Below, in pieces: positions 47,254 through 57,208 of a stretch of DNA of 64,000 nucleotides (its first letter is position 1; the number at the start of each line of letters is the position of its first letter). Source of the stretch: Candidatus Spongiisociaceae bacterium. GTDB lineage: Bacteria > Actinomycetota > Acidimicrobiia > Spongiisociales > Spongiisociaceae. The notes beneath the pieces were generated by a model, which was not told where the DNA came from, did no database searches, and saw nothing but the letters and a program-made list of their open reading frames with translations. Location of the stretch: contig OZ241841.1 in the NCBI GenBank assembly GCA_965202665.1, positions 576,001 through 640,000 of the forward strand. Reading direction: 5' to 3'. Position numbers and translations under genes: made by a program.

Positions 47254-49101
47254 TCAGGTGGGCAGGGCCCGGTAAAAGAAGGACGCCAACTGGGCCCGGG
47301 TCAGGGGCCGGTCCGGGCAGAACCGCCGCGGCGCGGCCTGGCATCCGGAGGTCACCCCCGCCGCGTACAGGCCCTCCGCCGCCCGCGCCTCCTCCCCGTC
47401 CCGCCCGGCCAGGTCGGCGAAGGCCGCCGCCTCCCCCTCCCCGGCCGGTTGCAGATGGTCGAAGGCGGCCATCAACATGCGGGCCGCCTCGGCCCGGGTC
47501 ACCGCCCCGTTCGGGCGGAACATTCCGCCGGGGGCCTCCATCACCCCGTTGGCCGCCGCCCACCGGGCAAACCTGCCGTACCAGGCGTCCTCCGGCACAT
47601 CGGCCAACTCGGTGGGAGGGACCTCGATCTGCGGGAAATCCCGCCACCATTCGTAAGCCCGGTAGAGAAAGGCGGCCATGTGGCGGCGGGCGACCGCCAA
47701 GCCGGGGCAGAACCGGTCCGCCTCGCATCCCAGCATCAGCCCCCGTCCCGCGATCGTTTCCACGGCCTCCTCATGCACGCTCCCGTCCTCGTCGCAGAAA
47801 CGGCCCGCGAACTCCCCCCGGCAGACCCCCGGCGGAGCGGACGGGACCGGGCCGGTCAACAGGTTGCCGTCCAGCCGCAACTCCGCCAACCGCAGACGGG
47901 AAACCTCTTCCGGAACCGGCCCGCGCAGGCGGTTGTTTTGCAGGTACAGCCACTCCAGGTTGCCCAAACCGCCCAGCGACTCGGGTATGGGGCCGGACAG
48001 GCGGTTGCCGGAGGCCCGCAACGCGGTCAGCCGGGTCAGGGAGCCCAGCGAGGCGGGGAGGGGGCCGGACAGGCGGTTGTCGGAGAGGTCCAGTTCCCGC
48101 AGATTGGACAGCCCGCCCCACTCCGCCGGGACGGGACCGGACAGCCGGTTGCCGTACAGCAACAAAGACTCCAGTTGGGACAGGGCTTCCAATTCGGGCG
48201 GGAGGGGGCCGGACAGGTCGTTTTGGTATATCCACAGTTCGGTCAACCCGGCCAAGCCGCCCCACTCGGCCGGGATGGAACCGGACAGCCGGTTGCCGCC
48301 CAGGCGGAGGCTGCCCAGTTTGGACAGCCGCCCCAAGCCGGCCGGGAGGGGGCCGGACAGTTGATTGCGCTCCAGCCAAAGCAAAGTCAGTTCCGACAGG
48401 CCGCCCAGCGACTCGGGGATGGGGCCGGTCAGCCGGTTGTCGCGCAGGGACAGGGCCGTCAAATTGCGCATGCCGTCCCATTCCGCGGGGATGGAACCGG
48501 TGAAATCGTTTCCGAACAGGGACATCAACTTCAAAGAGGCGAGCCTCCCCAACTCGGGAGGCAGGGGGCCCTCCAGGCTCGACCCCCATGCGAACAGCTC
48601 CTCCAGGTTTTCCAAATCCCCCAGCCGGGCGGGCAGGCGGCCGGTAAAGTCGTTGCCTCCGATGCGCAGGCTGGCCAAGCCGTCCAAGCGCCCTATCTCC
48701 GGCGGGAGCGGTCCGCCGATGCCGGCGTTGGTGAAAAACAACTGGTCCACCCGCCCTTCCCCGCTCACCCGGACCCCCGGCCAGTCGGTTATGTCCGCCG
48801 CCTCCCCCCGCCCCCAGGCCCGCAGCAGATGGTCGGCGGGAAGGCGGGCGTTGTCGGCATGGGCCAGCCATTGATTGCGCATCTCCGCCAACGTCCGGCA
48901 GTCGGCCGCCAGGCCCGGGTTGGCGGCCGGGTCGGCCACGTATGTCCCGTCGGCGCATCCGGCGGGGTCCAACATCCCCGTCTGGGCGGGGGCATGATTC
49001 ACCGCGGCCGCCAGCCCCCAGCAGGCGAGAAGGGCCGCCGGCCACATCAACCGGCGCCGGGCCCGCCGCCGGGCCGCCCCGGCCGCCGGCGGGTTATCCA
49101 C
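47254..49101 (-). CDS. Secreted leucine-rich-repeat protein with SLH-like anchor
   Basis: Signal peptide, about 12 x 24-aa LxGxxPxxLGxLxxLxxLxLxxNx repeats, GRFCDED...LTRAQLASFFYRA. Confidence 0.9.
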   Translation of the reverse strand: MDNPPAAGAARRRARRRLMWPAALLACWGLAAAVNHAPAQTGMLDPAGCADGTYVADPAANPGLAADCRTLAEMRNQWLAHADNARLPADHLLRAWGRGEAADITDWPGVRVSGEGRVDQLFFTNAGIGGPLPPEIGRLDGLASLRIGGNDFTGRLPARLGDLENLEELFAWGSSLEGPLPPELGRLASLKLMSLFGNDFTGSIPAEWDGMRNLTALSLRDNRLTGPIPESLGGLSELTLLWLERNQLSGPLPAGLGRLSKLGSLRLGGNRLSGSIPAEWGGLAGLTELWIYQNDLSGPLPPELEALSQLESLLLYGNRLSGPVPAEWGGLSNLRELDLSDNRLSGPLPASLGSLTRLTALRASGNRLSGPIPESLGGLGNLEWLYLQNNRLRGPVPEEVSRLRLAELRLDGNLLTGPVPSAPPGVCRGEFAGRFCDEDGSVHEEAVETIAGRGLMLGCEADRFCPGLAVARRHMAAFLYRAYEWWRDFPQIEVPPTELADVPEDAWYGRFARWAAANGVMEAPGGMFRPNGAVTRAEAARMLMAAFDHLQPAGEGEAAAFADLAGRDGEEARAAEGLYAAGVTSGCQAAPRRFCPDRPLTRAQLASFFYRALPT

Positions 49102-49339
49102 CGCCCAGCGGCGGCAGAAAATGAACTTCGGCCCCGTCGGGCAACGGCAGGTAGGCGGCGTCGCTCATGATCTCCCCGTCGATGGCCACCGCCGTCCCGG
49201 AGGACAACCGCTCCCCCAAACCGGGAAAACGCTCATCCAGGCCGGCGATCAACTCCCGCACGGTGGGGGCCTCCACCTCCACTTCCGCCTCCCCTCCGGT
49301 AAAAGCGCGCAACGGGGAGGCCAGGAACACCCGGGCCAT
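49094..49339 (-). CDS. MoaD/ThiS family sulfur carrier
   Basis: 81 aa, AVAIDG, C-terminal PPLGGG. Confidence 0.88.
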   Translation of the reverse strand: MARVFLASPLRAFTGGEAEVEVEAPTVRELIAGLDERFPGLGERLSSGTAVAIDGEIMSDAAYLPLPDGAEVHFLPPLGGG

Positions 49340-49345
49340 GACCGG

Positions 49346-51607
49346 CTAGTCCCCGGCTTCGTCCAAAGCGGCCAGCACCCGCACCGGCGACATCGGCAAG
49401 TCGCGGAACCGGCGGCCGGTGGCGTCGTGCACCGCGTTGGCCACCGCCGCCAAAGGCGGGACGATTCCCACCTCGCCCACCCCCCGCACTCCGTACGGGT
49501 GACGGGGGTTGGGAACCTCCACCACCACCGTGTCGATCATCGGCAGGTCGGAGGCCACCGGCATCCGGTAATCCAAAAAACCGGGGTTTTCCATCGTCCC
49601 CGACCCGTTGAAAATGTATTCCTCGTTCAAGGCCCAGCCGATGCCCTGCGCCACCCCGCCCTGCATCTGGCCTTCCACGTAACTGGGGTGGATGGCCCGG
49701 CCGGCGTCCTGGGCGGTGGTGTAGCGGAGAATCTTCACCGCCCCGGTGTCCCGATCCACTTCCACATCGCACACCTGGGTGGAATAGGCCGCCCCCGCCC
49801 CCCGGGCGTTGAGGGCGGCGCTGGCGGTCACCGGGCCGCCGGTCTGGGCGGAGGCTTCGGCCAGCTCGGCCAAAGTCAAAGGCGGATGGGATCCGTCCTT
49901 GTGCTGGGCGGAGCCGTCCACCCACTCCACCTGCTCCTCCTCCGCCCCCCACATCTTGGCCGCCCGGGAGCGCAATTCGGACACCACTTTGCGGCACGCC
50001 TCCACCACCGCCATTCCGGTGGCGAAAGCCACCCGGCTGCCGCCGGTCATGGCGGTGAAACCCACCGACTCGGTGTCGGCCACCGCGGGGCGGATCAGGG
50101 TCACGTCGATTCCCAGCTCTTCAGCGGCCATCAAGGCTTGGGAAGCCCGCGAACCGCCGATGTCGGGGCTGCCGGTCATCACCGAAGCGGTGCCGTCCTC
50201 GTTGATGTGGACGGTGGCGCTGGACTCCCCGCCGATGTTGAACCAGAAACCGGTGGCCACTCCCCGGCCCTGTCCGGGTTGGAGCGGGGCCCGGTAGTGG
50301 GGATGGTCTTTGACGGCCTGCAAGGTTTCCCGGCAGCCCACCACCCGGATTTTGGGGCCGTAGGTGGACTGGGAGCCTTCCGCCACCGCATTGGCCAGCC
50401 GCAGATCGATGGGGTCCATTTCCAACTCCCGGGCGATCTCGTCCAAAACCGTCTCCGACGCGAAAGAGGCCATCGGGGCGCCCGGCGCCCGGTAGGCGGC
50501 CACTTTGGGGGTGTTGGTGACCACATCGAAGCCCTCCACCCGCACGTTGGGAATCTCGTAGGGGGCGAAAATGCACATTCCGCCGGGACCGACCGGCGAG
50601 CCGGGGAAAGCCCCCGCCTCGTAGGCCAGCCAGGCGGTGGCCGCCGTCAACCGGCCCTCCCGGTCCGCCCCCGCCTTGACCCGTATGCGGGTCCCGGAGG
50701 TGGGGCCGGTGGCGGTGAACACCTCCTCCCGGCTCATCACCATCTTCACCGGCCGCCCCGCCCGTTGCGAAAGCAGCACCGCCAGCGGCTCCAAGTAGAT
50801 GGTGGTTTTGCCTCCGAACCCGCCCCCGATCTCAGCCGGGATGACTTTGATGCGGCCCGGCTCCCATCCGATCACTTTGGCGGTCATGGAACGCACCGCG
50901 AAATGCCCCTGCGAGGAGCACCACACCACCGACCGTCCGTCTTCGCCGGTGTCGGCCACCACCGCGTGCGGTTCTATGTAGCCCTGATGCACCGCCTTGG
51001 TGGTGAACTCCCGTTCCACGATCACCTCCGCCTGCGCGAAGCCCTCCTCTGCGTCCCCGTGCTCGTAGAAGTAGCGGGAGGCGATGTTGGAAGGCTGGTC
51101 GGGGGCCGGTTCCACCCCTTTGGTGAACAGGTCGTCGTGCAGGAGGGGCGCCCCGGGGGCCATCGCCTCGTCCACGGTCAGGGCATGCTCCAACACTTCG
51201 TATTCCACTTTGACGGCGGCCGCCGCCGCAACGGCGGTCCGTTTGTCGACGGCCGCCACCGCCGCTATCGGATGCCCGGCGTAGAGGACCTTGTCGCGAG
51301 CCAGGATGTTGCGGGACAGATCCCGGAAGTCGACTTCCGCCTCCCCGCCCGACGCGGCCTCCGATTCCAGTTCCGGCAGGTCGGCCCCGGTTATCACCGC
51401 CTTCACCCCCTCCATCCGTTCGGCGGCGGAGACGTCGAGGGAAAGAATCCGGGCGTGGGCGTGGGGGGAGCGCAACACCGCCCCCATCAGCATTCCCGGC
51501 AGGGCCCAGTCGGCCCCGAAACGGGCCCGCCCGGTGACTTTGTCCAGCCCGTCGTGGCGGACCGGCCGGGTCCCCACCCACTTGTAGCCGTTGGCAGCGG
51601 TGGTCAC
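49346..51607 (-). CDS. Xanthine dehydrogenase-family molybdopterin subunit (CoxL-like)
   Basis: KVTGRARF, RSPHAHARI, GGGFGGK, AYRAPG, EGQMQGG, GVRGVGE. Confidence 0.92.
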   Translation of the reverse strand: MTTAANGYKWVGTRPVRHDGLDKVTGRARFGADWALPGMLMGAVLRSPHAHARILSLDVSAAERMEGVKAVITGADLPELESEAASGGEAEVDFRDLSRNILARDKVLYAGHPIAAVAAVDKRTAVAAAAAVKVEYEVLEHALTVDEAMAPGAPLLHDDLFTKGVEPAPDQPSNIASRYFYEHGDAEEGFAQAEVIVEREFTTKAVHQGYIEPHAVVADTGEDGRSVVWCSSQGHFAVRSMTAKVIGWEPGRIKVIPAEIGGGFGGKTTIYLEPLAVLLSQRAGRPVKMVMSREEVFTATGPTSGTRIRVKAGADREGRLTAATAWLAYEAGAFPGSPVGPGGMCIFAPYEIPNVRVEGFDVVTNTPKVAAYRAPGAPMASFASETVLDEIARELEMDPIDLRLANAVAEGSQSTYGPKIRVVGCRETLQAVKDHPHYRAPLQPGQGRGVATGFWFNIGGESSATVHINEDGTASVMTGSPDIGGSRASQALMAAEELGIDVTLIRPAVADTESVGFTAMTGGSRVAFATGMAVVEACRKVVSELRSRAAKMWGAEEEQVEWVDGSAQHKDGSHPPLTLAELAEASAQTGGPVTASAALNARGAGAAYSTQVCDVEVDRDTGAVKILRYTTAQDAGRAIHPSYVEGQMQGGVAQGIGWALNEEYIFNGSGTMENPGFLDYRMPVASDLPMIDTVVVEVPNPRHPYGVRGVGEVGIVPPLAAVANAVHDATGRRFRDLPMSPVRVLAALDEAGD

Positions 51608-51641
51608 TTCTCCTCCTTGTTTCTTGGTTTCTCGTTATACG

Positions 51642-52127
51642 CTAGGCGGGGGCGGTTTCCCGCATTTCGCGGGCCGCGTCCAAGATGGAGCGGACGATCT
51701 TGTCGTAACCGGTGCACCGGCACAGGTTGCCCGCCACCCCGTAACGCACCTCCTCTTCGGTGGGGTCGGGATTGCGATCCAACAGGGCTTTGGCCGCCAT
51801 CAGAAAACCGGGGGTGCACACTCCGCACTGCAACGCCGCCCCTTCCAAAAAAGCCTCCTGCAGGGGATGGAGTTTCCTCCCGTCGGCCAAACCTTCGATG
51901 GTGTCGACGGCCGCCCCGTCCGCCTCCGGGGCGGGAACCAGGCAGGAGCAGGTGAGCCGCCCGTTCATGATCACCGAACAGGCCCCGCAGTCGCCGGTGG
52001 CGCATCCTTCTTTGGTTCCGAACAGGCCCAGCGTGTCGCGCAACGCGTCCAGCAGGGTCTGGTCGGCCCGGCACAGAAACTCGGTGGGGTCGCCGTTGAC
52101 GACGGCCGATACGGGATGGTTGATCAT
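51642..52127 (-). CDS. (2Fe-2S)-binding subunit (CoxS-like)
   Basis: GCATGDCGAC, QCGVCTPG, NLCRCTGY. Confidence 0.93.
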   Translation of the reverse strand: MINHPVSAVVNGDPTEFLCRADQTLLDALRDTLGLFGTKEGCATGDCGACSVIMNGRLTCSCLVPAPEADGAAVDTIEGLADGRKLHPLQEAFLEGAALQCGVCTPGFLMAAKALLDRNPDPTEEEVRYGVAGNLCRCTGYDKIVRSILDAAREMRETAPA

Positions 52128-52984
52128 CTACGCTCCTTTGCGCGCCCGGCGGCCCGGAGCACGGCCCGGCGGGCCAGCGTCCCGGCCACCCGCCGCCGAA
52201 ACTGTTTGGTGCCGCGTTTGTCGTCGATCGGGTCGCAGGCGACGGCCGCGGCCTCCTCCAGCCTGCGCAGGTCCTCCTCTTCTATAGGGCCGCCCGCCAG
52301 CAGGCCGGGGGCTTCCGCTATCCGCACCGCGGTGGGGGCCACCGCCCCCAAAGCCACCTCGGCGTCCAGGCACGCCCCTTCCCCGTCCAAGGCGATGCGG
52401 GCGGCCGCTCCCGCCGCGGCAATGTCCATTTCGGTGCGGGGAATGAAGCGCAGGTAGGCGTCGCAGGTTCCCGGAGGGGGGCGGTCCACTTCAAACTCCA
52501 CCACAAACTCCCCTTCCCGCAACGCGGTCGTTCCCGGTCCGGTCGCCACTTCCGCCGCCGGGACGGTGCGCATCCCGCCCGGCCCGGCGATCACCGCCCG
52601 GGCCCCGTTGACCGCCAAAGCCGGAACCGAATCGGCGGCCGGGGAGGCGTTGCACAGGTTCCCCCCCAGGCTGGCCCGGGACTGGATCTGGTCGGAGCCG
52701 ATAAGGGCGGCCGCTTCCACCAGTCCGGGCAGATCGGACGACAGTTGTTCGTTTTCGACGAGGGCGGCGGCCGGGGCGGCCGCTCCGATGATCCAGGTTC
52801 CGTTATCAGAACGGATGTCCATCAAGCGGGGAATCCGTTTCAGATCCACCAGCAGGGAAGGTTCGGGCCGGCCCAGGCGAAGTTGCGGAATCAGGTCGGT
52901 GGAACCGGCGTAGGGCCGGGCCTGCGGGTCGCCGGACAGCAATCCGACCGCCTCTTCCACGGAGGCGGGTGTTGCGTACTGCAT
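52124..52984 (-). CDS. FAD-binding subunit (CoxM-like)
   Basis: AGSTDL, ASLGGNLCNASPAAD, PIDDKRG. Confidence 0.92.
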   Translation of the reverse strand: MQYATPASVEEAVGLLSGDPQARPYAGSTDLIPQLRLGRPEPSLLVDLKRIPRLMDIRSDNGTWIIGAAAPAAALVENEQLSSDLPGLVEAAALIGSDQIQSRASLGGNLCNASPAADSVPALAVNGARAVIAGPGGMRTVPAAEVATGPGTTALREGEFVVEFEVDRPPPGTCDAYLRFIPRTEMDIAAAGAAARIALDGEGACLDAEVALGAVAPTAVRIAEAPGLLAGGPIEEEDLRRLEEAAAVACDPIDDKRGTKQFRRRVAGTLARRAVLRAAGRAKERR

Positions 52985-53101
52985 TGCTTTGCTACCTCGT
53001 TTCCTGGATTCGTCCGGCGGCGGGGCGGGCGCCCTCGAAGCGTAAGAATAGCACCCCCGCCGGACAAACCCTCCTCCCCCGCCGGGCTATACCATAACCG
53101 G

Positions 53102-53848
53102 ATGCGCCTGCTATGCGAACCCGGCCCGGAGGAGGCGGCCTTGCAGACCGGGCTGACGCGGGCGGTCCTCTACGAGACGGCGGCGGGCCGTTCGCCGGAA
53201 ACGCTGCGCCTTTACCGGCCGGGGCGGGTGGTCGCCTTCGGGCGGAGGGACGTTTCCGCCCCCGGCTTTCAGCGGGCGGCGGAGGCGGCGGAAAAAGCCG
53301 GTTATCAGAGTACGGTGCGGGCGGCGGGCGGACGGGCGGCGGTGTTTCATCCGGGGACCATCGCTTTCGCCTGGGCCCGCCCCGACCCCGAACCGGCCCG
53401 GGGGGTGACCGACCGCTACCGGCTGGTGAGCGGGGTGGTCCGGGAGGCCCTGTCTTCCCTGGGAGTGGACGCCCGGGTGGGGGAAGTGGCCGGGGAGTAC
53501 TGTCCGGGTGCTTGGTCGGTGAACGGGTCCGGACGGCGCAAACTGATGGGAACCGGCCAGCGCCTGATACCGGGGGCGGCCCACACCGGCGGGGTGATAG
53601 TGGCGGACAACGCCCCGGAAACCCGCAAGATCCTGGAAGCGGTGTATGCGGCGTTGGAAATCGACTGGAATCCGGACACCGCGGGGGCGGTGACCATGTA
53701 CGCCCCCGTTACCTGGGAGGAAGTGCGGGATGCGACGCTGGAACAGTGGCGGCGGGCGGGCCTGGGTCCGTTGCGCGAAGGCGGATGGACCGAGCGGGAG
53801 AAGGAAACGGCCCGCCGCTTGGCGGAAGGGGGAGCCGGGCGGGGGTAG
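53102..53848 (+). CDS. Lipoate-protein ligase family protein (LipL-like)
   Basis: VAFGRRD, RAAGGRAAV, GEYCPGAWSVN, KLMGTGQR. Confidence 0.8.
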   Translation: MRLLCEPGPEEAALQTGLTRAVLYETAAGRSPETLRLYRPGRVVAFGRRDVSAPGFQRAAEAAEKAGYQSTVRAAGGRAAVFHPGTIAFAWARPDPEPARGVTDRYRLVSGVVREALSSLGVDARVGEVAGEYCPGAWSVNGSGRRKLMGTGQRLIPGAAHTGGVIVADNAPETRKILEAVYAALEIDWNPDTAGAVTMYAPVTWEEVRDATLEQWRRAGLGPLREGGWTEREKETARRLAEGGAGRG

Positions 53849-53858
53849 CCTGTAGGCG

Positions 53859-55028
53859 ATGAAATACCTGTTGCTCAACGGACCGAACCTGAACCTGCTG
53901 GGAACCCGGGAACCGGAGGTGTACGGGCGCGAAACGTTGGAAGATGTGGAAGCCAAATGCCGGGCCTGGGCCGGGGAACTGGGCGGGACGGTGGAAGCCG
54001 TTTGCTCCAATCATGAAGGGGAACTGATCGAAGCGGTGCATTCCGCCCGGGGGCGGATAGACGGGATCGTGTTTAACCCGGGGGCCTACGCCCACACCAG
54101 TTACGCCCTGCACGATGCGGTGGCGGCGGCGGAGACTCCCACCGTGGAAATCCACATTTCCGATGTGGAATCCCGGGAACCCTGGCGGAGGATTTCCCGC
54201 ATCGGGCCGGCTTGCGCGCATCGCATCTTCGGGCGGGGAGTGGAAGGTTACAAGTGGGCCATCCGCCACCTCCATTACCGGGCGCTCCACCCGCCGACCA
54301 CCCGCGCCTACGGGGAAGACCCGGACAATGTGGGCGACCTGCGCCTGCCCGAGGCGGGACGGGACGGGGGCCCTTATCCGGTAGCGGTCCTGTTTCACGG
54401 GGGCGGATGGCGGCGGGTCATCACCCGGGATGTGATGGACGGGGCGGCGGTGGACCTGGCCCGGCGGGGGACGGCGACGTGGAATGTGGAATATCGCCGC
54501 ATCCCGCCGGTGGGAGGGTGGCGTGCCATGCTGGAAGACGGGACGGCGGCGGTGGATCACCTGCGGGATCTGGCGGACGAGTTTCCGCTGGACATAGAGC
54601 GTGTGACGACGGTCGGGCATTCGGCGGGAGGGCACGTAGCGTTTTTCGCTTCCCGCGCGGCCCGCAACGCCCGGGTACAACCCGCCCGGTTCGTCCCCCT
54701 GGCTTCCATGCTGGACTTGGATCTATCGGCCCGCTCGCACCGCCTAGGGGTGTTGGTGGAAAGATTGCTGGGAGGCGAAGAGGGGGCCTTCGACGACCTG
54801 AACCCGACCGGATTGGTTCCGCTGGGAATACCCACCGTTGCCTTGCACGGAACGGCCGACGAGTCGGTGGATGTGAAACAGAGCCGCAACTACGTGCGAG
54901 CCGCGCAAGAAAAAGGCGACCAAGCGGAGCTGATGGAAATACCCGGCGCAGAACACGGAGATTTCCTAGAACCAAACTCAACAGCCTGGCAGGCGGCGGC
55001 CCAACAAATAATCGAGCCGCCCGCCTAG
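53859..55028 (+). CDS. aroQ: Type II 3-dehydroquinate dehydratase fused to an alpha/beta hydrolase
   Basis: LNGPNLNLLGTREPEVYG, SNHEGELI, NPGAYAHTS, EIHISD; then FHGGGW, NVEYRR, GHSAGG, HGTAD, EHGDF. Confidence 0.88.
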   Translation: MKYLLLNGPNLNLLGTREPEVYGRETLEDVEAKCRAWAGELGGTVEAVCSNHEGELIEAVHSARGRIDGIVFNPGAYAHTSYALHDAVAAAETPTVEIHISDVESREPWRRISRIGPACAHRIFGRGVEGYKWAIRHLHYRALHPPTTRAYGEDPDNVGDLRLPEAGRDGGPYPVAVLFHGGGWRRVITRDVMDGAAVDLARRGTATWNVEYRRIPPVGGWRAMLEDGTAAVDHLRDLADEFPLDIERVTTVGHSAGGHVAFFASRAARNARVQPARFVPLASMLDLDLSARSHRLGVLVERLLGGEEGAFDDLNPTGLVPLGIPTVALHGTADESVDVKQSRNYVRAAQEKGDQAELMEIPGAEHGDFLEPNSTAWQAAAQQIIEPPA

Positions 55029-55216
55029 CATTCCCCGCTTAGAAGCCCCACCGCGCGCCCCTAACACCCTCCCCTGCCATAGCGCAACCCACCAAGACCA
55101 TCCGCATCAAATAGGGGAATACGGAGACGAAACAACGACACGGTTCGCAAGGGCCCAGAACCCAAGCCGGAACAGAAGAATTCCTAGGCTGACCAGGCAA
55201 AAGGAAAGTAAGAACA

Positions 55217-55684
55217 ATGCCTGAAATCAAATTACGGGAACCAGCGGCCGGCTCCGCGTTGCGCGGAGGATTCGTGAAGTGGACGGTCCCCGGCGACACC
55301 GTGGAGGGCGTGGCGACCTTCGTTGACTTGGAGAAGGGCAGCCGCGACATGAACGGCAACGTTCACGGCCTCCTCCAGGTTTACGACCCCACGGTCGGCG
55401 ACCAGGGCGATGATGGTTTCTACCGGCAGATCGACCTGAACCAAAAGGGCTTGCTGGCGGAGGTTGACCGGTGCATCCGTTCCGGGCTACAGCCCGGCTG
55501 GCACATTCGGTTGACCTTTGTGGAGGCCTTGACCAGCCAGAAGAACAGCGCCTACACGTGGAAGCGGTTCAAGTCGCTGTTCGCCAAACCCACTTTGACC
55601 GAGGCCGAATTGGCGTTGCTGATCGCCAACGGGCGGTGCGACGGGGAGAACGGAACGGCCCCGGCCCGGCAAGCTCCGGCCTAA
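55217..55684 (+). CDS. Phage-like protein, probable ssDNA-binding (OB-fold)
   Basis: RBS AAAGGA; FVKWTVPGDTVEG...GLQPGWHIRLTF...KRFKS pattern recalls actinophage SSBs (recognised by eye only). Confidence 0.45.
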   Translation: MPEIKLREPAAGSALRGGFVKWTVPGDTVEGVATFVDLEKGSRDMNGNVHGLLQVYDPTVGDQGDDGFYRQIDLNQKGLLAEVDRCIRSGLQPGWHIRLTFVEALTSQKNSAYTWKRFKSLFAKPTLTEAELALLIANGRCDGENGTAPARQAPA

Positions 55685-55876
55685 CCGGGCCCGTCGCTCC
55701 GGGCGCCCCGGCCCCTATTTGACCGGAGGGTCAGTATCCGGAGGGGAGGGTCTTTGATCCATTACCACGTCGTTAGGGGAGGGAATTTTTGGCTTCCCCC
55801 CATACGACCACCGAGGAATGGGATCGCCAGTTCAGTTTGTGTTTTGCCGTTTACCGTCTTGGGAGCCGACCCCGCT

Positions 55877-57169
55877 TTACCCGGCCGCACCTCCCTCCCT
55901 CGAATCGTTCCACGCCTCATTCGCAGAACCCAAAAAATCTTTGATGTCCAACAACCAGGTGAACAGGGCGTGATGCTCCGCCAACTTGGCGCGGCTCAGG
56001 AACCTGGCCTCGTATTTGCCCGACTGCTCCAGCAGCGCCACCGCCGCCGCGCTGGGGAACGCCACCTCCCGCACAATCCCGCCCCCGTCGATCATCCAGT
56101 CGGCGCCCGCGTAGGCGGCCAACTGCAGGGCGTTGTCCGGGTAGCGGTAATTAGAGGTTTTCCAATCCACCATCACATGCGCCCCTCCGATTATCCCGGC
56201 TGGCCGGTGGTGGTAGAGGTAATTAGAGGTTTTCCAATCCACCATCACCACTTTGCCGGAGCGGGAACGGGCCATCAAATCCACGGTGCCCGCGTAGTTG
56301 AACCGGTCGGAGAAGACCCGGTATTCCACGGCCAGCACCCCCAACAGGTTCTCCTCGCAAAAAGCGCGCGCCGCCGCCACGTAACCGTCGATAACGCCAT
56401 CGGCACACCAGACGGCCACTGGCGGGGAAACCGGTGAAACTGGGCGAGGGCGGTGCGGCGGAGACAACGGAAGGGGGCGGCTCACCCTACCCCGTTTAGC
56501 GGAAGTTAATAGGAGGGAACTTTCCACTGCTTGCCGGAGGCGGGGGCCGGACCGATACGGGCGGAGGGCGGCGAAAACTGCGAATTGGCCGAAAAAGGGC
56601 GCTCATAGAGGGCGATTTCCGGCGTTTGTGGGCACTCCCCCTAACTGAAGTACAAGGAAATCGGGGGACTTAAAGGGAAAATATGGTATAGTTCGGGGCG
56701 GCGGGCGGGCGCCCGATTGGCGGGCAAACGCGTTTTTTCCATTACCGCGTTCCTTCCCCGTCCGCCCTTTTTCCCGCTGGACACTCGCACTCCTCCAGCG
56801 CCTCCGCGTGCCCCTGCCGGTAACCGTCCCTCCATCCCGCCCGGTATCCGCCATCCGGCGGTGGCGGCGCCTCCCGGGGGCCAGGATTTTCTCCAGCTGG
56901 TCGCGCACCGCAGCACCCTGGTTTCCCCGCATTCGCATATAACGGTAGGGAGCGCGTTGCAGGTAAGCGAGCGCCTCTCGCTCCGACATCCCCTCGTGCC
57001 CGCCCTCCACCGCCGCCTGTGCGGCCATCTTGGAGCCCCACCCCACCAGGTGCGGCTTGGGGTAGGCCTCGGAGAGGATGGTGGTAACCGAGGGGTAACG
57101 CCGCCCCCTGGTTTCGTAAACTCGCCGTCCGGAGGAATTCTCATGTACCCTCAGTTCCGGTGCGTTCAT
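55877..57169 (-). pseudogene. Interrupted phage-type PD-(D/E)XK (RecB/Cas4-like) exonuclease
   Basis: N-part RYPSVTTILSEAYPKPHLVGW; C-part AVEYRVF..YAGTVDL..VDWKTS..ALQLAAY; separated by ~450 bp of unrelated DNA with a stop at 56603-56605. Confidence 0.75.
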
Positions 57170-57208
57170 TTTTTACCTTTCATTGTCCGATATCTTCCGG
57201 CGCAAAGG

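Noticed and set aside
49346-51607. Aerobic CO dehydrogenase
   Set aside because: Lacks the AYxCSFR active-site loop
56140-56248. CRISPR mini-array (37-bp repeat, 35-bp spacer)
   Set aside because: Only two repeats, not palindromic, they encode the nuclease motif in frame, and no cas genes are in the window
56603-56605. Selenocysteine or read-through TGA joining the exonuclease halves
   Set aside because: The surrounding translation is not protein-like and has no redox motif; an insertion explains it better
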